Part shown: in pieces, positions 9,838-19,592 of the stretch
Numbering within the stretch: the first letter of the stretch is position 1
Layout of the letters: every line of letters starts with the position of its first letter
NCBI GenBank assembly: GCA_040767085.1
Contig: JAXGPF010000014.1
Location: 1 to 64,000 of the forward strand
Reading direction: 5' to 3'
Source: Kiritimatiellia bacterium
GTDB taxonomy: Bacteria > Verrucomicrobiota > Kiritimatiellia > JAAZAB01
DNA length: 64,000 nucleotides
The notes under the pieces: generated by a model
Told to the model about the DNA's origin: nothing
Seen by the model: the letters and a program-made list of their open reading frames with translations, nothing else
The model's database searches: none
Program-made: the position numbers and the translations under genes

Positions 9838-12800
9838 TCATTCCTCCGGGCTGGGCGCGAATAATTTTTCCTTCTGCACCGTGAAGTAAAAAGGGCGGTC
9901 CGGCATTGCCGGCACGGAGGTCACGCCCATCAGATGGCCTTTGCCGTAGAACTTGAACGACCACCCGGCCCTTTCCCGGATTTTGGCGATACCCAGGGAA
10001 TGCACCTCCAGGTTGTTGCCGCCGATCCAGGCATCCTCGCGGACCACCGCGCCGGCGGGATCGAATACCGCCGCTTTCTGGGGCAGGTTACGGGGCCGAT
10101 ACAGGATGGCAAACTGCTCCGCATCGGCCGGCACATTGAAATAAAAATACTGGCCATCGCCCACGGCCAGGCCTTCCGGCGCCAGGCGATACACCTCCCC
10201 CATGCCGTCCGCCGGGCCGGTGATGGGAATATTCATGAAGAAATCGTTGGTGCTGGCCACCGACAGATCGTATTCCACGGCGCCGTCGGCGGGCACGTTC
10301 AGTTTCAGTTCCGCCGCCCCGGCCAGCCGGTTCACCTGGAAGGATGGCGCCGTGACTTCAATGGGCCGCCCGCCCAGCGGCTTGATGGCGGCGGTATAGA
10401 CCGATTTCGTGCCGCCCCGGGTTTTCACCGTCAGCGTGAACGGCTGGTCCGCCGCCTGTTTCAAGCGGGCTCGCAGCACATAAAGATTGGTCCCGCCAAC
10501 CGCTTGGCGCATGGGACGGAGGGATGAATCGACCTCCTCGTCGGATACAGGCGCCGGTTCGCCGCCATGCCGGTTCGCCGCATACAGGTAATACGGCATC
10601 CATTGCATAAAATAACTCTGGTTCAAGTTGCTGTTGTAGGTATTCCGGATGAACATACCCTGATACCGGGGATCTTCGCCCAGGTATTGATTTTCGATAA
10701 ATTCGCGGACGCTGAAGGCCGCCTTGCCGAGATGCGACGCATCGCCGGTGTACAGATAGGCGAAGGCGCGGACATTGATTTCCTGGTGGTAGCCCCCGCT
10801 GTTGGGGTTGAGTTTGATGCCGGACCAACGGGCCATGGCCTGCATGGCGCGGCGGCTCCGGGTCAACCCGATATAGCGCTCCAGGAACGGCGCAAAATTC
10901 TCCCACTGCGGGAACCGGCCGTCCTCCGCCTGGGTGTTCAGCAGGCGCTCCACGGTGCGTTCGAGGAAATCCAGGTAATCGTTGTCCCAGGTATGAAAAT
11001 ACAATTCACAGGCGCTGGTGGCCCGGCCGCTGCCTTCGCGGTGCTGCTGGGCGCGGCCATCGGCCAGCAACGCGGCGCCATGCTCCATTGCCGTAGTCCG
11101 GCTGCGCTCGTCGCCGGTGAAGTAATAATGCCAGAGCAGGCTGTCGGCCACCGAATTGTAACACAGGCGGTTGCCGGAGGCCCAATGCACGAAACCCTTG
11201 TAATCGCAGATCCCGCCCTTGATCTTGCCGCGCGGCCAGGCCAGGGCGGTCAACTCCTTGGGCGCATAATGGCAGTGATCCGCATCCGCCACGTGCCGCG
11301 CGTTGCGGTCGGCATAGGCGAACACGGCCTGGTCGCCGCTCCGGGCGTACATCAGCCACGGCCAGCGCGTCCAGCCGTGATGCGTGTTGCGCCAGATGCG
11401 GTGCAAATCCCACCGGCGCTCCGCCCAATTCCAGTTATGGTGCGCATCGCCGAAGTTGAACATGCCGTAATCGCGGTCCTGTTCATGCTGGCGGAAGATG
11501 CCGGCGATGACCGCATCCAGCGCGCGTTCGATCCCGGGGTACCGAGCCGGATCGCGCGCGGCCATCGGCCCGAAAACGGAACTGGCGCAGACCCATTCCG
11601 GATCGCAGACGCCCGTCAGGTTGGCCTGAAACACGCGGTGCGTGGAACGGGCCCGCGCCTGTTCCCAGTCGGCTTCGTGGAAATGGAGCCATAATTCGTG
11701 CGTCTTGGCCAGGCCCACCGCATTCGCCACCGGCGCCCCCTGGCTTTCTTCGCTATCCTTGCCGGTATCTGCCAGTACGCAGGCCAGGACCTCGCCCGGA
11801 ATCTTGAAATCCAGCAGCTTGCCCTCATGCGCAAACCAGTTGCGGTAAACCGTGCGGACGGAGATGTTGCTCCCGCCATGGCCGCCATCTTCGCCGTGCG
11901 CCGGCCAGAAATGGATGACGGCTTTTTGCGGCGTCACTTCAAACTCCTTGGGGTAATTCTGCCAGAAATCCCGGACCGACATGGTCAGCATTTTGCCCGC
12001 CTGCCCGACGCTCATCCAGCCTTCCGCCCGGGCGCAATCATCCTGGCGGACGCCCTGGGAATAAATCCGGCACAGCCGGTCATCCTGCTGGAGCAGATAG
12101 GCGCCGGCATCTCCGGCGGCCAGCCGGCCGGCATTGACCTTCGGCGTGCCGAAGAAGTAAGCGGGGCCCGGGGCCGGCAGGCTGTAGGCGATGTCGCGGT
12201 AACGCACCTCCTCCGGCGAGCCGCCGGACTCGGCGTTGGAGCCGGCGGTGATGATGAACGTGTGGTAGACCCGCAGATACGGCAGCCCGGCATAGGCGTA
12301 ATAACGCATTTCATACTGCCCCTGCCGCGCGCCGGACTCCGCCACATGCCAGCCCGCGACCCGCACGCACGCCTTCACCGGCCCGGCCGATTCCAAGGCC
12401 ACCGCCACCGCCGCATCGTTGCCGCCCAGGAATTTTTGGCCCGCCTCGTCCACGAGGCAGGGGCCATCGGTCTGGTCCGCCCGCATCACCAATTCCGCCG
12501 GCTGATAAATGCCGTCATGATTCCGATCCAGGTACACTTCCCCCAAGCCCGGCGTGTTGCGTTTCGGGAAGACAAACCGGGCCGCCCCGGTATCCACCGT
12601 GATTTGGGCGGCATCCTCCGCGACCCGCAGCCCCGCGTCTGCCGCCGGCCGCCGCGCCGCCGGCCCGTACATCAGGGTCAGCTTGACCGGCGCCGGGCCG
12701 ACGGCGGCGAGCGTATCCAACAGCAGCCAGCGCACGCTGCCATTTTTCGACCAGCGCCCCGTCACCTGCGCCTGGACCGGCAATTCCCGGCCGGCGTCAT

Positions 12801-13995
12801 CCAGCAACCGGACGCGCTCGGGGTCATCCAGCGCCCCGGCCGGGAACGGCACGCCAAAGGTCACCGGCCAAGCCGGCATGGCTGCCGGCGCCGCGGGGAT
12901 GGTGATGCTGAGGCGGCCTTCCCGGACGGCCTGTTCTTCCACAATCCGCAACTCCCGCGCCTGGGTCTGCAGGACGTTTTCGCCGGACACCAGGCTGGCA
13001 TGCAACGTATAAGTTCCCGGCGCCAATGCGCCCAGCGGCAGGTCAAAATCCAGTTTCAATCCCGCCAACGGGGCAATGCGCTGGACGGCAATCTCGCGCC
13101 CGGATTGGCGCAGCGCCACCACCAACGCGGGTTCCGCCCCAAGCCGCTGGCCCGGCGCGCCGGGCAGTATCCGGATGCGGCCGGCGGCCGATGGCTGGAA
13201 TGACGGGTATTGTTCCCGGTCCAGGTAGATGGCAAGCTGCGCGCTGCTCAAGGTCGCCACCCCGGAAACCAGGGCCCGGTATTCGGCCTCCGACCCCAGC
13301 ACGATCACCGGCGCCCGGTCCAGGTTGATGTATGGCGCCGCCAGCGCCGCGCAGACGGCGGCCTTGCCCGCGCGGTCCACCCGGCCGGCATTGAACAGCA
13401 GCGGCGCGCCCAGGGGCGCGCCGGCCAGGCCCAGCGCCTGCAAAGGCAGGGCCATTTCCACCGCGTAGCCGGACGCCCCGATTTTGGCGGCGCAGCGCCA
13501 GGCCGGATCCCAGTCCGCGGCGCCGTTTTTGCGCTCGTCGAACGCGCCCCGGGGGGTGACAATGAACTGGTACTCCGTCCGGCCATTATCCGGGGAAAGC
13601 TTGATTTCCACGCAATCATCCCCCCAGGCCCCGGGATTGCGGGCGCCGGCGTTGAACACGGTTTTCAGCGCGGCCGGATCCGCCGCCGCGCATTGCATGG
13701 CAAGGTAAAGGTTGGTGGCATCGTAAGCGGCGCTGATCGCCGTCGCCTGGGGCGCATCCCGGCCGTCATCGGCAAGGAACCGCCCGGAGCGCCAGGATTG
13801 TTGCCAGGCCGCATCGTTGACGATGCCGTCAATCGCCGGCGGCGCCGCGGCCCGCGGCAGACAAACCAGGGGCCGGCCGTCATCCGGCTTGGCCGGCCGG
13901 AACTCCAGGTTATCCAGCAAGGCCGGCGCCGCCAGCGCTCCCGACCCCATTGCCAGCCACAACCAGCGCATTATCCCGCGAGCCATAATTTGCAT
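9838..13995 (-). CDS. Secreted protein with N-terminal CBM9-like domain and PcRGLX/YetA-like (exo-rhamnogalacturonan lyase-like) region
   Basis: Signal peptide; 'PPAIDG.VND.AW...AAYDATNLYLA...DDCVEI...VEMALP' (CBM9-like); 'PVTFGVPFPAGAL', 'RDFWQNYPK' and 'DYGMFNFGD' (PcRGLX/YetA-like). Confidence 0.7.
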   Translation of the reverse strand: MQIMARGIMRWLWLAMGSGALAAPALLDNLEFRPAKPDDGRPLVCLPRAAAPPAIDGIVNDAAWQQSWRSGRFLADDGRDAPQATAISAAYDATNLYLAMQCAAADPAALKTVFNAGARNPGAWGDDCVEIKLSPDNGRTEYQFIVTPRGAFDERKNGAADWDPAWRCAAKIGASGYAVEMALPLQALGLAGAPLGAPLLFNAGRVDRAGKAAVCAALAAPYINLDRAPVIVLGSEAEYRALVSGVATLSSAQLAIYLDREQYPSFQPSAAGRIRILPGAPGQRLGAEPALVVALRQSGREIAVQRIAPLAGLKLDFDLPLGALAPGTYTLHASLVSGENVLQTQARELRIVEEQAVREGRLSITIPAAPAAMPAWPVTFGVPFPAGALDDPERVRLLDDAGRELPVQAQVTGRWSKNGSVRWLLLDTLAAVGPAPVKLTLMYGPAARRPAADAGLRVAEDAAQITVDTGAARFVFPKRNTPGLGEVYLDRNHDGIYQPAELVMRADQTDGPCLVDEAGQKFLGGNDAAVAVALESAGPVKACVRVAGWHVAESGARQGQYEMRYYAYAGLPYLRVYHTFIITAGSNAESGGSPEEVRYRDIAYSLPAPGPAYFFGTPKVNAGRLAAGDAGAYLLQQDDRLCRIYSQGVRQDDCARAEGWMSVGQAGKMLTMSVRDFWQNYPKEFEVTPQKAVIHFWPAHGEDGGHGGSNISVRTVYRNWFAHEGKLLDFKIPGEVLACVLADTGKDSEESQGAPVANAVGLAKTHELWLHFHEADWEQARARSTHRVFQANLTGVCDPEWVCASSVFGPMAARDPARYPGIERALDAVIAGIFRQHEQDRDYGMFNFGDAHHNWNWAERRWDLHRIWRNTHHGWTRWPWLMYARSGDQAVFAYADRNARHVADADHCHYAPKELTALAWPRGKIKGGICDYKGFVHWASGNRLCYNSVADSLLWHYYFTGDERSRTTAMEHGAALLADGRAQQHREGSGRATSACELYFHTWDNDYLDFLERTVERLLNTQAEDGRFPQWENFAPFLERYIGLTRSRRAMQAMARWSGIKLNPNSGGYHQEINVRAFAYLYTGDASHLGKAAFSVREFIENQYLGEDPRYQGMFIRNTYNSNLNQSYFMQWMPYYLYAANRHGGEPAPVSDEEVDSSLRPMRQAVGGTNLYVLRARLKQAADQPFTLTVKTRGGTKSVYTAAIKPLGGRPIEVTAPSFQVNRLAGAAELKLNVPADGAVEYDLSVASTNDFFMNIPITGPADGMGEVYRLAPEGLAVGDGQYFYFNVPADAEQFAILYRPRNLPQKAAVFDPAGAVVREDAWIGGNNLEVHSLGIAKIRERAGWSFKFYGKGHLMGVTSVPAMPDRPFYFTVQKEKLFAPSPEE

Positions 13996-14004
13996 CTCCG
14001 GTTT

Positions 14005-15747
14005 TTAATGGATGGAATACATCGAGCCGATCGGCACGCTTTCGTAACAGCCCATGTCCGCCAGGCGGCTGAATTTATCCAGGCGCGGCCGCCCGTCCAG
14101 GTCCGCCGCGCCGGCCATCCAGTCCCGGTAAACGCCGGCATTGATGCAGGGGGAGCCGCTGCTTAAGCGATAATTGCCCGATTCCGGCGCCGCCATCCCC
14201 GGATCGACCGCCAGGTTGTTGGTGGAATTAGCCGCGGAAAAGCCGGTCAGTTCCGGCGCCAGGCAGCAGTTGGTGTAGGCGTTGGTATGCGCGATGGCTG
14301 TATAATAATTGCTGGAGCCGGCCAGCACGGCGGTGTTGAAATAGATGATGCTGTTTTCAACGCACAAGACGGTGCTGGCGCTGTTATCATTGATGCCGCC
14401 GCCGGCATTGCCGGTATCGTTGCTGACAATCGTACAGGAGCTGACCAGGCTGGTGCCGCTCGCGTTGCGGAAGTGGATGCCGCCGCCGCCGGTCACTGCG
14501 GTGTTGTTGGCAATCAGGCAGTTTTGAATGGTGCCGCCGGTTTCCAGGAAAATGCCGCCGCCGGACCGGGCGGAATAGTTGCTGGTGATCACGCTGTCCC
14601 ATATTTTGTGCTTGGCGTTGACGCGCATGGAAACGCCGGCCCCGCCGACATTGCCAATATTATGCACTGTCCGGTTGCCGGTGATCCGGGAATTCCGGAT
14701 CATCGCGCCGCCCGTCAGGTTAAAGCCGCCGCCATCCAAAAAGGCTTCATTATCGCTGGCGTAACAATTGCTGGCCAGGATATTGTTCGCCAGGTGCCCG
14801 CCGCCGCCCGCGCTGGTGGCATTGCTGTAAACCGTGTTGCCGATAAAGCTGCAATTCGCGACCAGTGTCGTCAGGGTCCCAAGGGTTGCTGTGGCATAGA
14901 TTCCACCGCCTTGCATCCGGGCGCTGTTGGCCAGGAAGTCGCAGCCGGTAACCGCGAGGGCATCGTAAACCGACAAGCCCCCGCCGGAACTCAGCGCGTT
15001 ATTCGTTTCAAACACGCAGTTTTCGAAGCGCGAGGAAACGGCCGTGGCATACGCCCCGGCGGCGCTCACGGCCGTATTGCCGTAAAATCGGCAGTCGCGC
15101 ACCGCCGGATATGCCCCGATCCGCCAGGCGCCGCCGCCGCCCATGGCGGACGAAACGTTATTTGAAAACACGCAATTTTCAACGATGGCGGAACCCGCGA
15201 TCGAATAAATGCCCCCGCCATCATCGCTGGAATTGTTGGCAATAAAAGCGCAATCCCGCACGATGGGCGCGGCCGCGTCGTTGTAAAAAAATATCCCGCC
15301 GCCCCGGTAGGCTTGGTTGCTCGTAAAGGTGCAGTTCGACAAAGTCACCCCGTATAATGACGCGCCGCCGCCGACGTTGACCCCGCCGGCCGCGCCCCGG
15401 GTGATCAAAAGATTGCGCATTTCGCCCATGTCGACGCTGGCATAAAAACACCGGAAGGTGTTGTTGCCATCCACCACCGCCACGCCGCCGGTCCCGATTA
15501 TATTGATATTCCGGTTAATCGTGATCTGGTTGGTCAGCACATAGGTGCCGTTGGACACCCAGACGGTCTCGCCGTTGGTGGCGACATTCACGGCCCATTG
15601 AATCTCCGTGGCCGCATCCGCCCAGTTGGTGTACGGGGAAACATTGCCGCCATCCGGGGAAACGTAAATCTCCCGGCCGCCGGCGGACAAGGCGGCGAAC
15701 AAAAGCATCCAAGCCCATCCCGCATTAGCTGCCAAACGCCATTGCAT
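14005..15747 (-). CDS. Secreted right-handed parallel beta-helix protein with choice-of-anchor-Q-like C-terminus
   Basis: GGAGGAGG RBS before ATG 15747; signal peptide; repeated 'NCxFxxNxAxxGGG'; ends 'YRL..GSPCINAG...DLDGRPR...DMGCYE'. Confidence 0.8.
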   Translation of the reverse strand: MQWRLAANAGWAWMLLFAALSAGGREIYVSPDGGNVSPYTNWADAATEIQWAVNVATNGETVWVSNGTYVLTNQITINRNINIIGTGGVAVVDGNNTFRCFYASVDMGEMRNLLITRGAAGGVNVGGGASLYGVTLSNCTFTSNQAYRGGGIFFYNDAAAPIVRDCAFIANNSSDDGGGIYSIAGSAIVENCVFSNNVSSAMGGGGAWRIGAYPAVRDCRFYGNTAVSAAGAYATAVSSRFENCVFETNNALSSGGGLSVYDALAVTGCDFLANSARMQGGGIYATATLGTLTTLVANCSFIGNTVYSNATSAGGGGHLANNILASNCYASDNEAFLDGGGFNLTGGAMIRNSRITGNRTVHNIGNVGGAGVSMRVNAKHKIWDSVITSNYSARSGGGIFLETGGTIQNCLIANNTAVTGGGGIHFRNASGTSLVSSCTIVSNDTGNAGGGINDNSASTVLCVENSIIYFNTAVLAGSSNYYTAIAHTNAYTNCCLAPELTGFSAANSTNNLAVDPGMAAPESGNYRLSSGSPCINAGVYRDWMAGAADLDGRPRLDKFSRLADMGCYESVPIGSMYSIH

Positions 15748-15813
15748 GATGCCTCCTCCTGTCATTTTTATTTTGACGCCCGGGATACTGTCCCGGGCTT
15801 TGACAAAAACCGG

Positions 15814-18057
15814 CTATTTTGCCGGCCGGCCGGCGAAATGACTTTGCAGCAAGGCGCGCAAATCCGGCTGCCGCATCACTACCCGGCCATCCGGCTGTCC
15901 CTGCACCACGGCCGCGCATTCGTAAAACTGGAAACCGTCATACCCGCGCTCGCGGGCCAGGCGGATGCGCCGGTCGCAAATTTCCACGCCGCCCGGCTGG
16001 TTCCAAAGCGTGTTGGCGTAAGGCGCAAAGATCACCGGGATCCGGCGGGGGCGGGCGACGGCCAGCACTTCTTCCGCGAACCGGCTGCCCGGCCAGACTT
16101 CCTTCATGGTGACGCTGTCGGCCAATCCTTCCGTCAGCCAGGTCCGCCAGTCCCATTGGATTTCCATGGCGGCGGCCACGTCGGGCTCCAGGCACATGGT
16201 CTGGCTGACGTGCAGCCCCAGTTTGCGGCCGTATTCCCGGACCAATTGCCGGGCGGCGCGGTAAAATTCGGTATAAGCCGCGCCGCGCAGGCGGCGCCAG
16301 GCGGCGCGGTCGAAATCGTCCGTGGCCCAGAGGTCCACGCCATGGCGCGCCAGGAAGGCATCCCGCACGGGCGGCTCGAAGCCGAATTCCGACCAGGCCA
16401 GCGGAGCATGGTGGTTGCGGACGCGTAATTCCACGCCATCGGCGCCGGCCGCCAGGCATTGCCGGACCAGCGCCAGCCACCAGTCGCGGGCGGCGGGATA
16501 ACTCGGGGAAAGCGCCGCCAGCACGTCGGGATTGCGGCCGCGGGCGATGGCCAGGAAGCCATGGCCGGCGTCCAGCGCATGCGGGAGTTGCCAATGGTTG
16601 TACCCCGGGAAAACCGCGGTTGGGGTTTTATCGGCCACGCAATCGAATTCCACGCCGACTTCGCAAAAGTCGCCGCGCCGGCGGATGGCGGCGGCGCCGT
16701 CCGGTTGGACATGCGCCAGGCGCGGCGCCAGGCCGATGGTCCAGGTCCGCACCGGCCCGGCCGGCCCCCAGACATGCACCAGGTTAAGCAGATCGTTGGC
16801 AAACGAAGCGGCCCGGCCGCGGACCCGCAAGGCGCAGTACGGGGAGTCCAGCCGCAGATCTTGCAGCCGGATCACCCGGACGCGCGCGGCGGCGCCGGCC
16901 GGGCGGCCGCCGGAAGGAGTATGCTCCCAGCGCGGGTAATCCATGACCGCCTCCTCGCGCTGGAGCGGACCGGCGTATGGCCGGTAATGCGCATTGTCGT
17001 CGCTCACCCACAGTTCGACATCCGCCGCGGTGAAGGCGGCGGGCGCGGCGTCATTTTTCACCAGGTCAATCCGGGTGAACACGGGCGGCGGCGCAGCCAG
17101 GGCGGATGGTTTGCGCGCCATGGTCAAATGCCGGTTTTCCGCCACAAAGTCCGCGATCCAATCCACCGGCCCGCCAATGCGCGCCAGCCGGCCGCGCGCG
17201 GCGGCCGCGGCAGTGTTTTCGCCGAGGCTGTATTGGAAACCCATGTCGAAGGGCTTGATCAAACCATAGAGTTCAATGCCGCGCGCATGCGCCGCCGTCA
17301 CCGCGGCGGCCAGGAAATCCCCAACGTTGGCGAAGGTTTTGGCGGCATGGTTGGCGGCCGCTTCGCCGCCGCAGTGGCAATGCCGCCACCAGCCGTCCGC
17401 CGGCCCGCCGTAATGAATCCAGTGGCACCGCCGCACGCCCCAGCCGGCGAATTCGTCGAAAAGCCGGGCAAACATCCCGCGGTCGTATGGCGCATGCATC
17501 AGGTCATCCGGAAAATCCACCGCCACTTCCAGGTGGAAACTGGACGCCGGCCGCGGCGGGCAGACCGGTTCCGGCGCGGCGCATCCCGACAGGCGGATGG
17601 CGCGCACCCGGCAATCATGGGTAAACCCCAGGTCCAGCAAAGCGGCGGGCGGGGCGGCGGGCGGGATGGCGGCGGCCAGCACGCTGGCGCCATTGACCAG
17701 GATTTCCCACGAATCCGCCCGCAGCAAAAATCCCACCCGGATGGGCTGCCCGGGGTCGGCCGCCGGGATGCGGACCTCGGCCAGCGGCATCTGGCCGGAA
17801 TGCTGCAACCGGTACCGGCCCAGGCCCGGTTCGGCGATGAGGGTGAAAGTCCGGTCGCCGCAAAGGATGTTGGAAGGCGCGGTAAAAGACAAGTCCGCCT
17901 CAACCGCCAGGGCCGCTCCGGGGCGGGCCGCCGCCGGAACGCGGAGCAGGGTATTGGCGCCGCCGCATAAACACCCATCGGCAAAAACATGCCCGATGGT
18001 TTCCGGCAAAATCTCCGCCGGCAGGCATCCGGCTTGAAAATCATAAACTTTATTCAT
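15814..18057 (-). CDS. Hypothetical glycoside hydrolase-like protein (GHL10-like TIM barrel with insertion)
   Basis: 'DFLAAAVTAAHARGIELYG', 'GADGVEL' and 'DWRTWLTEGLAD' resemble GHL10-type barrels; exact start uncertain (18057-18096). Confidence 0.5.
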   Translation of the reverse strand: MNKVYDFQAGCLPAEILPETIGHVFADGCLCGGANTLLRVPAAARPGAALAVEADLSFTAPSNILCGDRTFTLIAEPGLGRYRLQHSGQMPLAEVRIPAADPGQPIRVGFLLRADSWEILVNGASVLAAAIPPAAPPAALLDLGFTHDCRVRAIRLSGCAAPEPVCPPRPASSFHLEVAVDFPDDLMHAPYDRGMFARLFDEFAGWGVRRCHWIHYGGPADGWWRHCHCGGEAAANHAAKTFANVGDFLAAAVTAAHARGIELYGLIKPFDMGFQYSLGENTAAAAARGRLARIGGPVDWIADFVAENRHLTMARKPSALAAPPPVFTRIDLVKNDAAPAAFTAADVELWVSDDNAHYRPYAGPLQREEAVMDYPRWEHTPSGGRPAGAAARVRVIRLQDLRLDSPYCALRVRGRAASFANDLLNLVHVWGPAGPVRTWTIGLAPRLAHVQPDGAAAIRRRGDFCEVGVEFDCVADKTPTAVFPGYNHWQLPHALDAGHGFLAIARGRNPDVLAALSPSYPAARDWWLALVRQCLAAGADGVELRVRNHHAPLAWSEFGFEPPVRDAFLARHGVDLWATDDFDRAAWRRLRGAAYTEFYRAARQLVREYGRKLGLHVSQTMCLEPDVAAAMEIQWDWRTWLTEGLADSVTMKEVWPGSRFAEEVLAVARPRRIPVIFAPYANTLWNQPGGVEICDRRIRLARERGYDGFQFYECAAVVQGQPDGRVVMRQPDLRALLQSHFAGRPAK

Positions 18058-18182
18058 CGGCATCATCCGCCCAAGTGAGCCGCTTTCAAAAGTCAACCTT
18101 TGAAAGCAGTATTCCCTATCCAGCCGTCAGTTATTAAGGTTCTTAAAATAATATAGACATTCATTGAACGTAATCTTGCATC

Positions 18183-18256
18183 GGTAGGGCGCGCAGTGCC
18201 GCCAGCGCGGCCCGCGCCTTGCGCGCCGCGGCGGCCAAGGGACTGGCCGCCCTACC
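18183..18256. repeat. GTAG-type REP/REPIN-like palindromic element
   Basis: GGTAGGGCG...CGCCCTACC inverted ends with inner hairpin GGCGGCCA-AGGGAC-TGGCCGCC; related copy at 40504-40530. Confidence 0.65.
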
Positions 18257-18394
18257 TATCCATCAATCAACGTCCTGTCTATTATGCGAACATTAATATC
18301 AGTTATCAGTAACCAGTTATCAGCAGCCAGAATTGCATAATGTTGATCTTAAATCGTTTGCTTTTATTCTGAATTCTGGATCCTGGCTCCTGAA

Positions 18395-18620
18395 ACATCC
18401 TGTACATGTGTGCGTGCCCGCCGTAACTTGAGCGAAGGCGGGTGGCCAATCCCTCCATCCGCTCATCCGTCTCTGTGGTAAACAATTCCCATCTTCTTTG
18501 TGGCCGAAAATCTGCGTAATCTGTGGATAAAAAAGGTTCCGTGGTAAATTATCTGCATCTTCTTTGCGGCTTGGCGGCTTTGTGAGAGCATCAAGCGATT
18601 TACTGTGGGATGCTACTGAA
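18395..18620 (+). repeat. ~220-bp intergenic direct repeat, copy 1
   Basis: Near-identical to 22810-23025 over the first ~175 bp, more diverged at the 3' end; contains a CCCGCC/GGCGGG hairpin. Confidence 0.9.
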
Positions 18621-18632
18621 TTTGGATCAAGT

Positions 18633-19568
18633 TTAAATGATTTTTTCGTCCCGCATCCACGCGACAGTTTCGCGCAGCCCCTCTTCCAGGGCGATTGCCG
18701 GCCGCCAGCCCAGGTCGCGGCCGGCCTTGGCGCAGTCAGCGCACATGTGCTGGCAGGCGAACTGCATCCCGGCGGCGTCAATCAGCCCCGGGTACCGGGC
18801 GAGAATTTCATCCGGTGCGGCAAACTCCAGCCGCAGCGGCACGCCCATGGCATCGGCGACCAGGGAAATATAATCCCGCATCATCAGCGACTGCGCGCCG
18901 CCGATGTTATAAACCTGGCCGCAGGCGGCCGGACAGGCGGCTGCAAGCGGAAAGGCGCGGCCCAAGTCGCGCACATGGCCCGGCTGGAGCAGGGCCCGGC
19001 CGTCGTTGGGGAGCGCGATTGGCCGGCCGTCGCGCAGCAGGCGGAAAAATTCCGGCGCGCGCCCGCCCCAGCCGTCCAGCGGGACCTTGCCCGGCCCATA
19101 GATGTAGCTCAGGCGCAAAATCGTGCCCGGGAAGCCGCGTTCCTGGAAGGCCCGCAGGATGGCCTGATCCTGGCGAAGTTTGTGATTGAATACTACCACC
19201 GGCCCCCGGCCTTCCCGGAGCGGCAGCGCTTCCGACGCCGGCAGCCGGCGGGCGTCGCCGTAAACGCCGAACGAGCCGGCATGAATCAAGCGGCCGATAT
19301 GCGCCCCGGCGGTTTCCACGACAAATTCGATGTCTTGCTCGGTCAGAATCGTATCCACGACAATGTCCCAGGAGCGCTGGCGCAGCGCGGCGGCAAAAGC
19401 CTGGCGGTCGTTTTTATCGCAATTGATCTGTTCCGCCGCGCCGGCCGGGGGCGGGCGCGTCCCGCGGTTCAAGGTGTAGAGCGCAGCATGGCCCGCGCGC
19501 GCAAACGCCTCCAGGATCGCCGGGCCCAGGAATCCCGTTCCGCCGATCAACAATACATTTGCCGGCAC
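18633..19568 (-). CDS. NAD-dependent epimerase/dehydratase (extended SDR)
   Basis: 'VLLIGGTGFLG', 'GSFGVYG', 'LRLSYIYGPG', 'HVRDLG', 'LGWRP'. Confidence 0.9.
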   Translation of the reverse strand: MPANVLLIGGTGFLGPAILEAFARAGHAALYTLNRGTRPPPAGAAEQINCDKNDRQAFAAALRQRSWDIVVDTILTEQDIEFVVETAGAHIGRLIHAGSFGVYGDARRLPASEALPLREGRGPVVVFNHKLRQDQAILRAFQERGFPGTILRLSYIYGPGKVPLDGWGGRAPEFFRLLRDGRPIALPNDGRALLQPGHVRDLGRAFPLAAACPAACGQVYNIGGAQSLMMRDYISLVADAMGVPLRLEFAAPDEILARYPGLIDAAGMQFACQHMCADCAKAGRDLGWRPAIALEEGLRETVAWMRDEKII

Positions 19569-19592
19569 TTTTCCGCCCTCCGCCAGGTAGTT

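Noticed and set aside
14005-15747. High density of N-x-S/T sequons suggesting N-glycosylation
   Set aside because: Adequately explained by the Asn ladders of beta-helix repeats.
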